A DNA stretch of 64,000 nt, taken from contig KV454012.1 of assembly GCA_001661245.1 (NCBI GenBank), positions 1,136,848-1,200,847 of the forward strand. Direction: 5' to 3'. The notes beneath the pieces are model-generated. The model did not search any database. It had not been told where the DNA came from and saw only the letters and a program-made list of their open reading frames with translations. Position 1 is the first letter of the stretch; each line of letters begins with the position of its first letter. Below, in pieces: positions 23,001 through 33,415 of the stretch. The stretch comes from Pachysolen tannophilus NRRL Y-2460 (Eukaryota). The position numbers were made by a program, and so were the translations under genes.

Positions 23001-23338
23001 GATTCAACAAAGTAATCTTTTTTCTTATCACCATTGGAAATCTGATGATCATTATAACCACCAGAATTTGATAAATCATAAGATGAATCATCCGCCTTAA
23101 AAATAAAAAAAATAAAAATATTTCAAATCTTAGTATTTTATTCCTTGTAGAAAGCAAAAAAAAACCTAAAAAATAAAAAAAAACATACTTTTAATTTTGA
23201 TTCTTCCAAATCAACACTAGATTGACCCAGAGTACCATTTTGCACTCTTTGTGGCACATCTGTAATCACCGAATCTTGATCTTGAACCTCATTGCCTTTA
23301 AATCCAATCGGTTCTGATACTACTTGATCTTCCGACAT
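20033..23338 (-). CDS. ISW1: ISWI chromatin-remodelling ATPase, 2 exons: 23338-23189 and 23095-20033
   Basis: SNF2 motifs [26 protein letters not shown] and [11 protein letters not shown], plus HAND-SANT-SLIDE C-terminus. Phase-0 intron GTATGT(23188)..TACTAAG..AAG(23096) joins a 50-codon exon in frame to [13 protein letters not shown]. Confidence 0.92.
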
Positions 23339-24262
23339 TATTCAAATTTAAATCAACAAGTAACAAGTAACAATTAATTTCCTGATTCTTTTTTCCTTTC
23401 CCAAAATAAATTTTAATTTTAATTTTAATTTTTTTTATTTTATTTCTTCTTCTTCCAATCTCACTTGCTTCTTAGATTAAAAAAGCACTTCCAAAACTGT
23501 GCCAATCACCTATAGATTTATTATTAGAATCACGGAATTATCTTGAATCTATTAAATAATCAATCACTTTATCATAGGATCCAAAACTATGGAAAAACGT
23601 GAAAACAGTGCAAAAACCCCAAAAGTAGTGTTCAAAAATTACAAAAACTGTTCTGGGCGAAAAAACGCGTTTTTTTCCTTTGAAAGAACCGCCGAAACCA
23701 CCAAGAAACCGGGCAACAAATCAGCTATTAAAGCAGCTATGAAGCAGAGTTAAAATAACTAGAAACTAATCAGTACATATTTCTTTTTAGATCTTTTAAT
23801 CGCCTTTATGTGAATTTTTCTAAATGGTTTTAAAGATAGGTACAAAAAGAGAAAAAAAACCAAAAAAAAAAAAAAAAGAAAGCTTACACTAGCCACATCT
23901 TACTGTTTCAGGCACTTTTTTTTTTTTTTTTTCGGTTTTTGTTTTTGCCTTCAAAATAAAAAATAATAAAACTAGTCGTGTTTCAAATTACTAAAAAGTT
24001 TTTTTATTTTTTTAATAAGCCACGCACTTGCCGTTTTTGTCTTTTTTTTTTTTTGTATTTGCTTTCCGTTTTAGGAAACTCTTCGACTTTAAATTTTTTC
24101 TTTGTGGCTAAACAATTGTGGCTGGTGGATTGCTAATCAATCATATCACTCTTTTTAAATCTACAAAAGAAATAAAAGAAAAAGAAATTACTAATATTTT
24201 CTTATATATATCTTATATTTATTTATTAATTTTATTTATTAATTCAAAAGTTCATATTGGAG

Positions 24263-25291
24263 ATGATAGCTGTTCGGCCTCATCAACTGCAGGAGGAGCA
24301 TAGGTTTGCGGATGGGGAGATACCAGAGTTACTGCCTCAGCCAAATAATCCATATTTGAAGGCACCGGAGCCAGAGCATTGTCCTGGACCTGAATCTGAA
24401 AATGCTGGTAAATCAGATTCTTGTACTGGATGTGCAAATAAAGAAATATGTTCATCATTACCAAAAGGACCTGATCCTGATTTACCGATTATTACGGAGA
24501 AGTTATCCAGTGTTAAGCATAAAATTTTGGTTTTAAGTGGGAAAGGAGGTGTTGGGAAATCAACTTTTACATCGATGTTAGCGTGGGCATTAGCCGCTGA
24601 TGATGAATTAGAAGTTGGTGCAATGGATTTAGATATATGTGGACCATCATTACCTAAAATGTTGGGTGCTGTAGGGGAATCCATTCATGCTTCAAATTCT
24701 GGGTGGTCACCTGTTTATGTTGGTGATAATTTAGGTATGATGTCGATTCAATTTATGTTACCGGATAAAGATTCTGCAATTATATGGAGAGGTTCTAAAA
24801 AAAATGGATTAATTAAACAATTTTTAAAAGATGTTAATTGGGGACAATTGGATTATTTAGTGATAGATACTCCACCAGGAACTTCTGATGAACATTTATC
24901 TGTAACTTCATATATGAAAGAAAGTGGAATTGATGGTGCTCTTGTGGTAACAACTCCTCAAGAAGTTGCTTTATTAGACGTTAGAAAAGAAATAGATTTT
25001 TGTAAAAAGGCAAATATAAAAGTATTGGGTTTAGTTGAAAATATGTCTGGTTTTGTTTGTCCAAATTGTAAAGGGAAATCGATGATTTTTAAACCAACAA
25101 CTGGTGGTGGTGAAGCTTTAGCTAAAGAAATGGGTATACCCTTTTTAGGTTCGGTTCCATTAGATCCTAGAATAGGAAAATCTTGTGATACAGGTGAAAG
25201 TTTTCTAGATATGTACCCCGATTCTCCAGCTTGTACAGCTATATTAGATGTAGTCGATGCATTAAGAGATACCGTTGGTGATGAAGTGTGA
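24263..25291 (+). CDS. NBP35: Cytosolic Fe-S scaffold P-loop NTPase
   Basis: N-terminal HCPGPES..CxxCANKEIC cysteine motif, [39 protein letters not shown]. Confidence 0.95.
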   Translation: MIAVRPHQLQEEHRFADGEIPELLPQPNNPYLKAPEPEHCPGPESENAGKSDSCTGCANKEICSSLPKGPDPDLPIITEKLSSVKHKILVLSGKGGVGKSTFTSMLAWALAADDELEVGAMDLDICGPSLPKMLGAVGESIHASNSGWSPVYVGDNLGMMSIQFMLPDKDSAIIWRGSKKNGLIKQFLKDVNWGQLDYLVIDTPPGTSDEHLSVTSYMKESGIDGALVVTTPQEVALLDVRKEIDFCKKANIKVLGLVENMSGFVCPNCKGKSMIFKPTTGGGEALAKEMGIPFLGSVPLDPRIGKSCDTGESFLDMYPDSPACTAILDVVDALRDTVGDEV

Positions 25292-25602
25292 ACAAAAAAA
25301 AAAAAAAAAAAAAAAAATTTGTATATTAATTTAAGGACCTGGGACATTTTTTTGGTAATTTTTTTTTATTTATTTATTTTGTTTTTTATAGTGTGATTTT
25401 AATATATAAAAGTATTAATAATGCAGTTAATTCAAAATCTATGATGAACTTAAAAAAAAAAGCTTTTGTCAAAAGAACAAAAAGAAAACAAAAATGACAA
25501 AAAGTCAAAAAAAAATAAAAATAAAATCATATCTATAAATAATGTAAAATGTAGAAGAAAACAAAAAAAAAAAAGAGAAAAAAAAACAATCTTCAATTTA
25601 TT

Positions 25603-28600
25603 TTAAAACAAAATATTTGAGTCATTTTTAGTATTGCTATCACTTTCTGAAAGCTTCTTTTTAAAAGCTTTTATGTCGCTTTCACCCATTGGAAAATTCA
25701 AAATTGAATTCAGTCTAATGCCTCGTTCACCATGTTCTCTGCTAAATGCAATAACTTTGTCACCAACTCTACGTGAAATAAGTGTCATGCTAACTTTGCT
25801 TTGAAAGGAAAACTCTGATCTGTCCAAAGATGGCAAATTCCAAGTGAGATATTTCAAGATAGTTGCAAATTCATCTTCATTTTCCTTTTTCTCATTTTCT
25901 AATCTTAACAATTTACTATAATTAAAATAAACTTGCAACTCAATTTTCCGATCTGAAACAAATGCATGTAGTGGTATCTTTTTAATTAATTTTTCTAAGT
26001 TGGAAATATCTTCACCATCAGATATGACAGCTAAGGGAGCAACGTTTTTAACTATACAAAGTGTTGCCTCTCCCCACAAATCTGCATTAACTAAAGTTTC
26101 AGCCTCATCCCAATATTTACCATTATATCCAAAACGAAGTGAAACAGCTTTTAATAGTAACCATTTTGGAATATGCAATAAGTCAACAAGTGGATTATTG
26201 GATAAATCAGTATTCGAATTTTCAGGAACAACATAATCCACACAGGAAATAACAAATTTCGAGATATGATCAAAACATAAATCATCATCGTACAAATGTA
26301 TCAAGAGAAACAATGCCTCTTGATAAGACCCTGATAATTTCAATTGTTCAGCAAATGCTATAGACAACTTATCACCTATTTCTTCACTTTTCAGCATCCG
26401 TAGCGTTTTTGAAGACCTTATTAAAATTTCGTACAAAAACCATTGGGTCTTTACATCCAAAATACTGCCATCATTAAATTTTGATAACGTAAACGTCATA
26501 TCGTAATCACCTTCAAACAAATAACTATAAAGTTGTAATATGTTGAAAATTTTATCTTTATTCAAAATTGGAAGATTGCCTCTCAGTTTATGTGATCTTA
26601 TGAAAATCGATATTGTTTCATAAATAGAGAAATTACCGTAATTCAATAATAAAGAGAAACACAATTTCCACGATAATCCTTCTGTGATGTCAATTTTCAA
26701 GTCATCTTCGTTGGAAAACAACCCACTTAATAATATATAAATTTTAATAATTGGTTTTGGAATAAATTTGACAGCTTTAGTTTTTTTCCAGTCGTCCAAT
26801 TGCTTTCTACAACTAATAATAACATCTGGATCATTGGACCCCAATAATGAGATTAAAACTGCCAAATGATTATTATTTGTTTTTATTGCTAAAGCTGCAG
26901 CTTTTACTAATTCATTTCCAACGATATATATAAATATCATTTCTAAAGAATCATGCAGGTTTTTTTCCAACATACATTTGATCTCATTAGCGCAGTTTTT
27001 CTTAAACCAAAATGATATTAGTTCACGTTTCTTTAATTCTCTCAAGTTTCGAGAGGTAGATATTATTTCTATAGATGGGATTCTCAAATCATCAAATAGC
27101 CTGGAGCATAAATCCCAAAAATTCATCTCATCACTGTCTTTGTCATCTGCAAACCCCAGTAAGAGAATATCGAATGTTAAATTTTTTTGAATCATTATTC
27201 TTGGAAAACCGTTATTTCTCTCAAAGAATTTAGCTGATTTTAAAAGATTTCCCAATATGTTTGTAGTACTGGTTAAATTTTCAATTTTGAACAGTTTCTT
27301 TAGGGATTTAATTTCAACTCCAGATGAATTAGTTTGAGGATTAAAACTGGTAGCCTTTCTGACAATTTCACCGCTGTTAGACCATTGAATAAACGTACTA
27401 TTTTCCATTCTTCGCTCTTTTTTGATTTTTGTATTCGTAGCCAAAGTTTTATTAAAATCAGCAAACAACAATTCATCAACATCAGAAATAGTCAACCTTT
27501 CCTGAGCCAAGTTAGTTTTAGAAATTTCGAGCGGACTAAATGCAGAGTCTACTCTAGAAGCAAGTTCAAGCTGAGTTACCCAATTGTCAGAGGTAGGATA
27601 TTTAGGAGAAATTTCTAAGGCAGTTATGTCTATGTCATCGAGCTCAGGTTCATAAACTTTTTCATCAACGATATCTGAACCAGTATCCATATGACCTTGA
27701 ACTTCTTGATTTTTCTGATATTCAATGTGATCATTCATTACTGTTTCCTCATTTCCATCATCTTCTGCAATTTCAATAGGCAATTGCTCCGCTTTCCTAT
27801 CAGACAATTTTTTATGTACATAAGAATCTTTGCTATGTGAAGGGCCGCCGTCCGCTGTTTCTGGCACAAAACTCCAACCTCCCGGAATAACAGGATTTGC
27901 TGAACTATCGTTATTTTTCTGCATTTTCAAAACAAATGAGTCATCAATTAACGATCTTGCACCAAACCTTTTGTTTCCTAAAGAATTAAACTTGGGTTTT
28001 TCTTCAGTGGAAACCCCAAGTTCTTTCTTTTCTTGGGATTTTTTTATTTCTAAATCCGCTTCTTCTTGCTGAGTCTTCTGCCATTCTTCATAATCATCAT
28101 CTTCCTCAGATTCGACTAAACCCCAAATAGTAAAATGTTGAACTTGAAATATCCAAGTCCCAACTAATGGATAATAATTAAGAAATTTCATACCTTTTAA
28201 ACTTTTCAATTTCTTCACATGTGTCTTAACCTCCAGTCTAGTTGGGTCAAGAATTGGTTTTTTAGTTTCAGGATCTACTGGCGCCATATTTTCTATAGTA
28301 ATAGTAGCTGGAACGTTTAAACCTGATCCTCTAGCAGGCTTTGGATAAGACGAAGAGTATACTTGAACTTTCTGATTTGTAATTATTATCACTCCACCAA
28401 ACAAATCCTTTTGCAAATTCTCTCGAAAAGCAGTAAGATCAACAGGGCAATTGAACGCAAGCTGTCCGTATCCAACCCGTCCAATAATAAAGTCTTCAAT
28501 ATTAGATAAGCGCTCACACGACATTTCAGCTAGCTCCTTAATTGATGGGAAACACCAATATCCATTGTCGCCATCAAGAGTGCTTTCTCCAGTCGCACCC

Positions 28601-30897
28601 GTGTCTGAGGTAATTTCTTCTTGCTGTTGTATTTCGCTTTTATCATTAGCAATAGCAGAGTCCTTCTTAGTTTTATCTGACAATTCATCTTCATTAGAAA
28701 CAGTCTTTGAGTTTTCAAAAACTTTACTAACAGGGTGGGAAAGTTCTGAGATGGTTCCATCTGTATTCACTCTTCTCTTTTTAATTTGGATGTTTTCTTC
28801 ATTATTACCACCATGCAGCGAGTCAGTGAATATAGATCTCCTTATTCTCCTGTTATTCAAAATATTTTTTATCTCTGTTAGCTTTGATGATGCCAAAATT
28901 TGTTTGAAATTTCTTCCGCTTTTTAAGAAAATTGCAGTTGAATTTGAGGTTAAAATATTTTCAAACAAACTATTTCTTGACTTTGAAAATATTCCAGTTA
29001 AATTACCTGAACGGCTATAAACTTGTTCCTTTTTCAATTCAATTTGTTGTTTCAACCTTTTAACAATTGTACTTTTTCTAGGCAGCAATGATGTTGAAAA
29101 TTTTAATTTAATCAGCGGTGGATTTGAGGCTAGTAAGTCAGCCTCCAGTGATCCTGTAAACAATGGCGAGTTAAGGTGTGCAATTTTTATAGGAGAAGTG
29201 CTTGAAAGAAATTCTTTCTTCGATGTAGGGGTAACTGAAGGCATTAAACCATCAACTTGTACCGATATTGGTTTGATTGGTTTGATTTTTGACATTCCAT
29301 AGGGATCAGCGTCAATTGTGGCAATAAAATATTTATTTCCGGTATTATTGTTTAGGTTACCCAAATTCATTGGGAAGTTATTGTTAACATTACTTAATGA
29401 TGTACCAGTTGAACCTGTTGACATTGCACTACTTCCTGTACTCCTATTATTACCATTGCTCAAGTTGTTCATATTGTTAAACAGGCCTTGAGTTGAAAAC
29501 TTATTATTCATAAACGATCCTCCAGTTGATGAGTTATTATTATTTATGCTGCCAAAAACACCTCCTCCGTTGATTCCTCTAGACATATCATTATTATAAT
29601 TATTAATATTGTTGTTGTTACTGGTATTACCAAATAACCCAGCTGCAGAAGCATTATTTGAGGCAGAAGTATTATTGTTATTAGTGGAGCCAAATGTGGA
29701 ACCCAATGTGGAACCAAATGTAGAACCAGTTTGTTTTTTGACGCGAAGAGGAGCAGAGTCTGTTGGTTCACCAACGCTATTAGCCATACCAGAACCAGAA
29801 CCAACCCCAGTCGAAGCCGTTATTTGTTGCCCGACTGGAAAAGAAGTTACTGGTCTACCATTAACCGCATCAGAATTATAACCAGTAGGAGAATTTGCTT
29901 TACCGTTCTCGGGAGAAATATATCTTTCTTTGTTTCTGTTAATAAGCAAACTGGTGTCAGATCCAGTTCGTTTATTGTTGCTATTAATTGGACTAGAACT
30001 AGTACCTCCAAAAGCTGTTTGTTGTCCATTCCTAGATGTAAACCCTGTTTGTGCATTGTTATCAAAAGGGTTGGGACCAAGACCTGCTGATGTATTATTA
30101 CCAAAGGGATTGTTACCAAAACCTGTAGAATTTGTTGACTGATTATTACCAAATGCAGCACCATTTTGAGCACCATTTTGGGAATTGTTATTACCCAGGT
30201 TAGAACCAAACATACCAAAAATTGATCGTTGTTTATTGTTAGGTGCGAGACCAGTTGATGCATTATTATCAAAAGCATTGTTACCAAAACCTGTTGATTT
30301 ATTGTTATCAAAAGGATTGGAACCAGGACTTGAAAAATTTGTTGATTGGTTATTACCAAATGCAGCACCATTTTGTGCATTATTATTGCTATTGAGCAAA
30401 TTAGAACCAAAACCTATAGAATTTGATGGCTGATTATTACCATATGTAAAACTTGATTGTGCATTATTATTATTATTATTATTATTACTATTGCCCGCGT
30501 TAGATCCAAAACCACCAAAAGTTGTTGGTTGCCCCCCAATGTTAGATGTGAAACCTGTTGAAGCAAAACCTGTTTGTTTATCATTGGAAACACCAATATT
30601 AGAACCAAACCGATCTGTCATAGAACCTGTTTGCTGATTACTACCAGATATGAAACCTGTTGGATTATGATTATTGTTACTGGTCATATTCGAGCCAAAT
30701 CCTGAAAAAGATCTCGGTTGGTCATAATTAGCATTGAAACCTGTTGGATTATTATTATTATTGTTGTTGTTATTGTTATTGTTGTTGTTAGGCGCATTAG
30801 ATCCAAACCCCATTGGTGTGAAACCTGTCGTATTATAATTGTTATTAAACAGATTAGAACCAGAACCTGTAAACCCAGCACTAGTTGATCCCATCAT
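25603..30897 (-). CDS. NUP145: Nup98-Nup96-type autoproteolytic nucleoporin precursor
   Basis: N-terminal FG repeats, DADPYG, autoproteolytic domain (GYWCFPS..FIIGRVGYG..GSGLNVPATITI..GTWIFQVQHFTIWGL) and a long helical Nup96-like C-terminus. Adjacent to NBP35 as recalled for S. cerevisiae. Confidence 0.9.
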   Translation of the reverse strand: MMGSTSAGFTGSGSNLFNNNYNTTGFTPMGFGSNAPNNNNNNNNNNNNNNPTGFNANYDQPRSFSGFGSNMTSNNNHNPTGFISGSNQQTGSMTDRFGSNIGVSNDKQTGFASTGFTSNIGGQPTTFGGFGSNAGNSNNNNNNNNAQSSFTYGNNQPSNSIGFGSNLLNSNNNAQNGAAFGNNQSTNFSSPGSNPFDNNKSTGFGNNAFDNNASTGLAPNNKQRSIFGMFGSNLGNNNSQNGAQNGAAFGNNQSTNSTGFGNNPFGNNTSAGLGPNPFDNNAQTGFTSRNGQQTAFGGTSSSPINSNNKRTGSDTSLLINRNKERYISPENGKANSPTGYNSDAVNGRPVTSFPVGQQITASTGVGSGSGMANSVGEPTDSAPLRVKKQTGSTFGSTLGSTFGSTNNNNTSASNNASAAGLFGNTSNNNNINNYNNDMSRGINGGGVFGSINNNNSSTGGSFMNNKFSTQGLFNNMNNLSNGNNRSTGSSAMSTGSTGTSLSNVNNNFPMNLGNLNNNTGNKYFIATIDADPYGMSKIKPIKPISVQVDGLMPSVTPTSKKEFLSSTSPIKIAHLNSPLFTGSLEADLLASNPPLIKLKFSTSLLPRKSTIVKRLKQQIELKKEQVYSRSGNLTGIFSKSRNSLFENILTSNSTAIFLKSGRNFKQILASSKLTEIKNILNNRRIRRSIFTDSLHGGNNEENIQIKKRRVNTDGTISELSHPVSKVFENSKTVSNEDELSDKTKKDSAIANDKSEIQQQEEITSDTGATGESTLDGDNGYWCFPSIKELAEMSCERLSNIEDFIIGRVGYGQLAFNCPVDLTAFRENLQKDLFGGVIIITNQKVQVYSSSYPKPARGSGLNVPATITIENMAPVDPETKKPILDPTRLEVKTHVKKLKSLKGMKFLNYYPLVGTWIFQVQHFTIWGLVESEEDDDYEEWQKTQQEEADLEIKKSQEKKELGVSTEEKPKFNSLGNKRFGARSLIDDSFVLKMQKNNDSSANPVIPGGWSFVPETADGGPSHSKDSYVHKKLSDRKAEQLPIEIAEDDGNEETVMNDHIEYQKNQEVQGHMDTGSDIVDEKVYEPELDDIDITALEISPKYPTSDNWVTQLELASRVDSAFSPLEISKTNLAQERLTISDVDELLFADFNKTLATNTKIKKERRMENSTFIQWSNSGEIVRKATSFNPQTNSSGVEIKSLKKLFKIENLTSTTNILGNLLKSAKFFERNNGFPRIMIQKNLTFDILLLGFADDKDSDEMNFWDLCSRLFDDLRIPSIEIISTSRNLRELKKRELISFWFKKNCANEIKCMLEKNLHDSLEMIFIYIVGNELVKAAALAIKTNNNHLAVLISLLGSNDPDVIISCRKQLDDWKKTKAVKFIPKPIIKIYILLSGLFSNEDDLKIDITEGLSWKLCFSLLLNYGNFSIYETISIFIRSHKLRGNLPILNKDKIFNILQLYSYLFEGDYDMTFTLSKFNDGSILDVKTQWFLYEILIRSSKTLRMLKSEEIGDKLSIAFAEQLKLSGSYQEALFLLIHLYDDDLCFDHISKFVISCVDYVVPENSNTDLSNNPLVDLLHIPKWLLLKAVSLRFGYNGKYWDEAETLVNADLWGEATLCIVKNVAPLAVISDGEDISNLEKLIKKIPLHAFVSDRKIELQVYFNYSKLLRLENEKKENEDEFATILKYLTWNLPSLDRSEFSFQSKVSMTLISRRVGDKVIAFSREHGERGIRLNSILNFPMGESDIKAFKKKLSESDSNTKNDSNILF

Positions 30898-31193
30898 CTT
30901 TGCTCTTCTAAACAAGAACAACTGTCAATGGATTCACAGAATTAAAAATTGACAACAGCGCTTTCTATTTGTACAAATATTTAAATGATTTCTCTTACCA
31001 TTCTGATACAATTTATCTTTCTTGTTTACTCTTGTAGCAGGCAACGCTAACTTCCACCAGAGAGAGAAAAATTTCGAAAAACAAAAAAAAAAAAAAAAAC
31101 AAAAAAAAAATTTTATTTCCTAAAACGTAAATTGTGTTTTAAGTGAACTACTTTGACTTTTATTATTATTATTATTGAGAAAAAGGTTTATTC

Positions 31194-31268
31194 TATGTAT
31201 GTATGTATGTATGTATGTATGTATGAGTATATGAGTATATGAGTATATGAGTATATGAGTATATGAGT
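31194..31268. repeat. Compound microsatellite (TATG)n followed by (ATGAGTAT)n at the MAG1 3' end
   Basis: About 8 tetramer units and about 5 octamer units abutting the MAG1 stop codon. Confidence 0.85.
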
Positions 31269-32302
31269 TATGAGTCTAGAACGTTTATGTTAACGTCGCT
31301 GATACGCCATAATATTAACATAAGACAGCTTTTAAATGGTGAAAAGGCTTCACTTAAGGTCTCTACGTATTCTTCTTCGACTGCAGACCAATTACGTTTC
31401 TTGAGCTGTTGTTTTTTCTTTGATTTAAGTAAAGTTTTCAGTTTAATTTCTTTTAATAATTCAGGACGTTCATTTAAGTATATTGATCCACCTCTTAAGA
31501 TACCCAAATCTTTATGACTAAATACGTTTAAACGTTTCAAGCAGAAAAGTAAGAACATGACCACGGACCAAGGTCCAATTCCTTTGTAAGATATTAGTAT
31601 TTCATAAATTTCTTCATCTGTGGAATTTTCAAAAAGAAATTTATTCAATTTCTTATCTATATAAAAGCTTTTTGATAATGATTTAATATATTCAATTTTT
31701 TTATGAGAAAGACCACATGATCTTAAAATTTCTTCTGAAGTTTCATAAAAAATTTTAGCTGAAGGTAAGGTAAGTTCTTGTTTTTTGTTTAAAGTTTTCA
31801 TTAATTTTAATTTTATTGATTCTGCAGCCTTTCCTGATAATTGTTGTGAAATAATACCATTAATAAGTCCTTCAAAATAAAAGTGATCTGTCTTTTCCCT
31901 TGTTGTACCTGAATTTTTAAGAAATTGTTTAAATTTATTTTTTAATACAACTGGCAATAATGAAGGGTCTTTATTAACAATAAATTTTAAACCTTGAACA
32001 AAATTTTCTTCATGATTCGATATAAACTCTTCTCCTAAAAACTCTACGGATGGCGGAATCTTCAAGTTGGCATAATATACTATTTCAAAAGTAGTAGTAG
32101 TAGTAGTAGTAGTAGTAATTGTCTTATCTGGAATTTTATCAACTTTTTGAACTTTTTGAACTTTTGGTGCAGGCACCGAAGCCGAGACAGGTGCTTTCCT
32201 CTTACTCCTCTTCTTCATCACACTAATAGAACTCGGTATTCTCTCTTCTTCAATCTCTAATACATTTCCCCCTCTAGCCGACCTGAGAATTCTTTCACTC
32301 AT
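31268..32302 (-). CDS. MAG1: DNA-3-methyladenine glycosylase (HhH-GPD)
   Basis: IISQQLSGKAAESI, LRSCGLSHKKIEYI, YKGIGPWS HhH motif, DLG catalytic Asp, FSPFKS..LILW. Confidence 0.88.
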   Translation of the reverse strand: MSERILRSARGGNVLEIEEERIPSSISVMKKRSKRKAPVSASVPAPKVQKVQKVDKIPDKTITTTTTTTTTFEIVYYANLKIPPSVEFLGEEFISNHEENFVQGLKFIVNKDPSLLPVVLKNKFKQFLKNSGTTREKTDHFYFEGLINGIISQQLSGKAAESIKLKLMKTLNKKQELTLPSAKIFYETSEEILRSCGLSHKKIEYIKSLSKSFYIDKKLNKFLFENSTDEEIYEILISYKGIGPWSVVMFLLFCLKRLNVFSHKDLGILRGGSIYLNERPELLKEIKLKTLLKSKKKQQLKKRNWSAVEEEYVETLSEAFSPFKSCLMLILWRISDVNINVLDS

Positions 32303-32671
32303 TTTTTAAATTGTTTTACCAATGATATTTGTCATTAACATTTTATTCTTCTTTTCAATTTATATTAGCTAATCATTAATACCTGTCTGCCTAACCTCTG
32401 CGCTGCGCTGCTCTTTTAATCTAAAAAAAAAAAAATCTTCTCCGCAATCTTCTCCACAAATTTCTCCACAAATCTCCTACTCGGAGATGTTTTGAGCTCA
32501 GAATTTTTTCCTTTTTTTTTCAAATAGAAACCAATTTTGGGTTTAGGAAAAAAAAAAAGCGACTAATATTATTATGAAAATGGATTAATATTATAAGATT
32601 ATAAACTAAATACAGTGGGTAGTTTCTTCTTGAAATTGATACTGATACTGATACTGAAGTTGTGGGTGAAG

Positions 32672-33283
32672 ATGTCAGATATTGAAACTAACTTACCGTC
32701 ATTGACACCACCTTTGAAATTCAATGCTATCCAGCCAGGAATATTTAGAGGTTCATATCCGAGGCCGATAAATTATGAATTTCTCAGGACGCTAAATTTG
32801 AAAACAATGATATCAATAGTTGAAAAACCAATTTCTTTTGAGACAGATGCTAATTTGAATAATTTTATCAAGGAAAATGATATTAATTTGATTCATATAG
32901 AGTGTTCAAAGGGGGGGAAGGGGAAAAAAAGAAATATACCTATAGATTATCCATCTATAGTTAAAGTTATTGAAATAATTATAGATAATGATAATTCTCC
33001 ATGTTATATTTTTTGTATTAATGGAGGACAGATAACTTCATTAGTTGTGGCATGTATTCGTAAGATATCTTTTTGGTCATCGATATCTATCTTTAATGAA
33101 TTTATTACATATTCAAATGCTATAAATCATAATGATAGGTTATTTATTGAAAAATTTCAAGGAGAGATAAATTTACCTACAAATAGAGTCCCATGGATAT
33201 GGAATGGACTAAGTAAAGTTATTATTGAAAATCATCCAACTTTGAAATTTAAGGAAAATAAGGCTCAAATTACTGGAATTTAA
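32672..33283 (+). CDS. OCA6: Oca-family tyrosine-phosphatase-like protein
   Basis: LTPPLKFNAIQPGIFRGSYPR, degenerate P-loop FCINGGQITSLVVACIRK, WSSISIFNEF. ATG at 32672. Confidence 0.85.
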   Translation: MSDIETNLPSLTPPLKFNAIQPGIFRGSYPRPINYEFLRTLNLKTMISIVEKPISFETDANLNNFIKENDINLIHIECSKGGKGKKRNIPIDYPSIVKVIEIIIDNDNSPCYIFCINGGQITSLVVACIRKISFWSSISIFNEFITYSNAINHNDRLFIEKFQGEINLPTNRVPWIWNGLSKVIIENHPTLKFKENKAQITGI

Positions 33284-33415
33284 CTAAACTTCTATTAATT
33301 TATTAGTTTACTATATATTATTTTGGTTATTTTTTTTTTTTTAATTATTAGAAAAAAAAAAATTAGTTTAAAAAAGTTTCTGAAATAAAAAGGGATTATA
33401 ATTAATCACAAAACG

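Noticed and set aside
22939..23157. Apparent frameshift at the ISW1 5' end
   Set aside because: Fully explained by the 23188-23096 intron; the main frame is open from 23095.
24189..24250. TACTAAT..AAG upstream of NBP35 as an intron end
   Set aside because: No convincing donor, and NBP35 is complete from ATG 24263.
30908..31001. ATG|GTAAGA..TAG possible first intron of NUP145
   Set aside because: Branch point is poor (CATTGAC) and splicing to the TAG puts the ATG out of frame; unsupported without RNA data.
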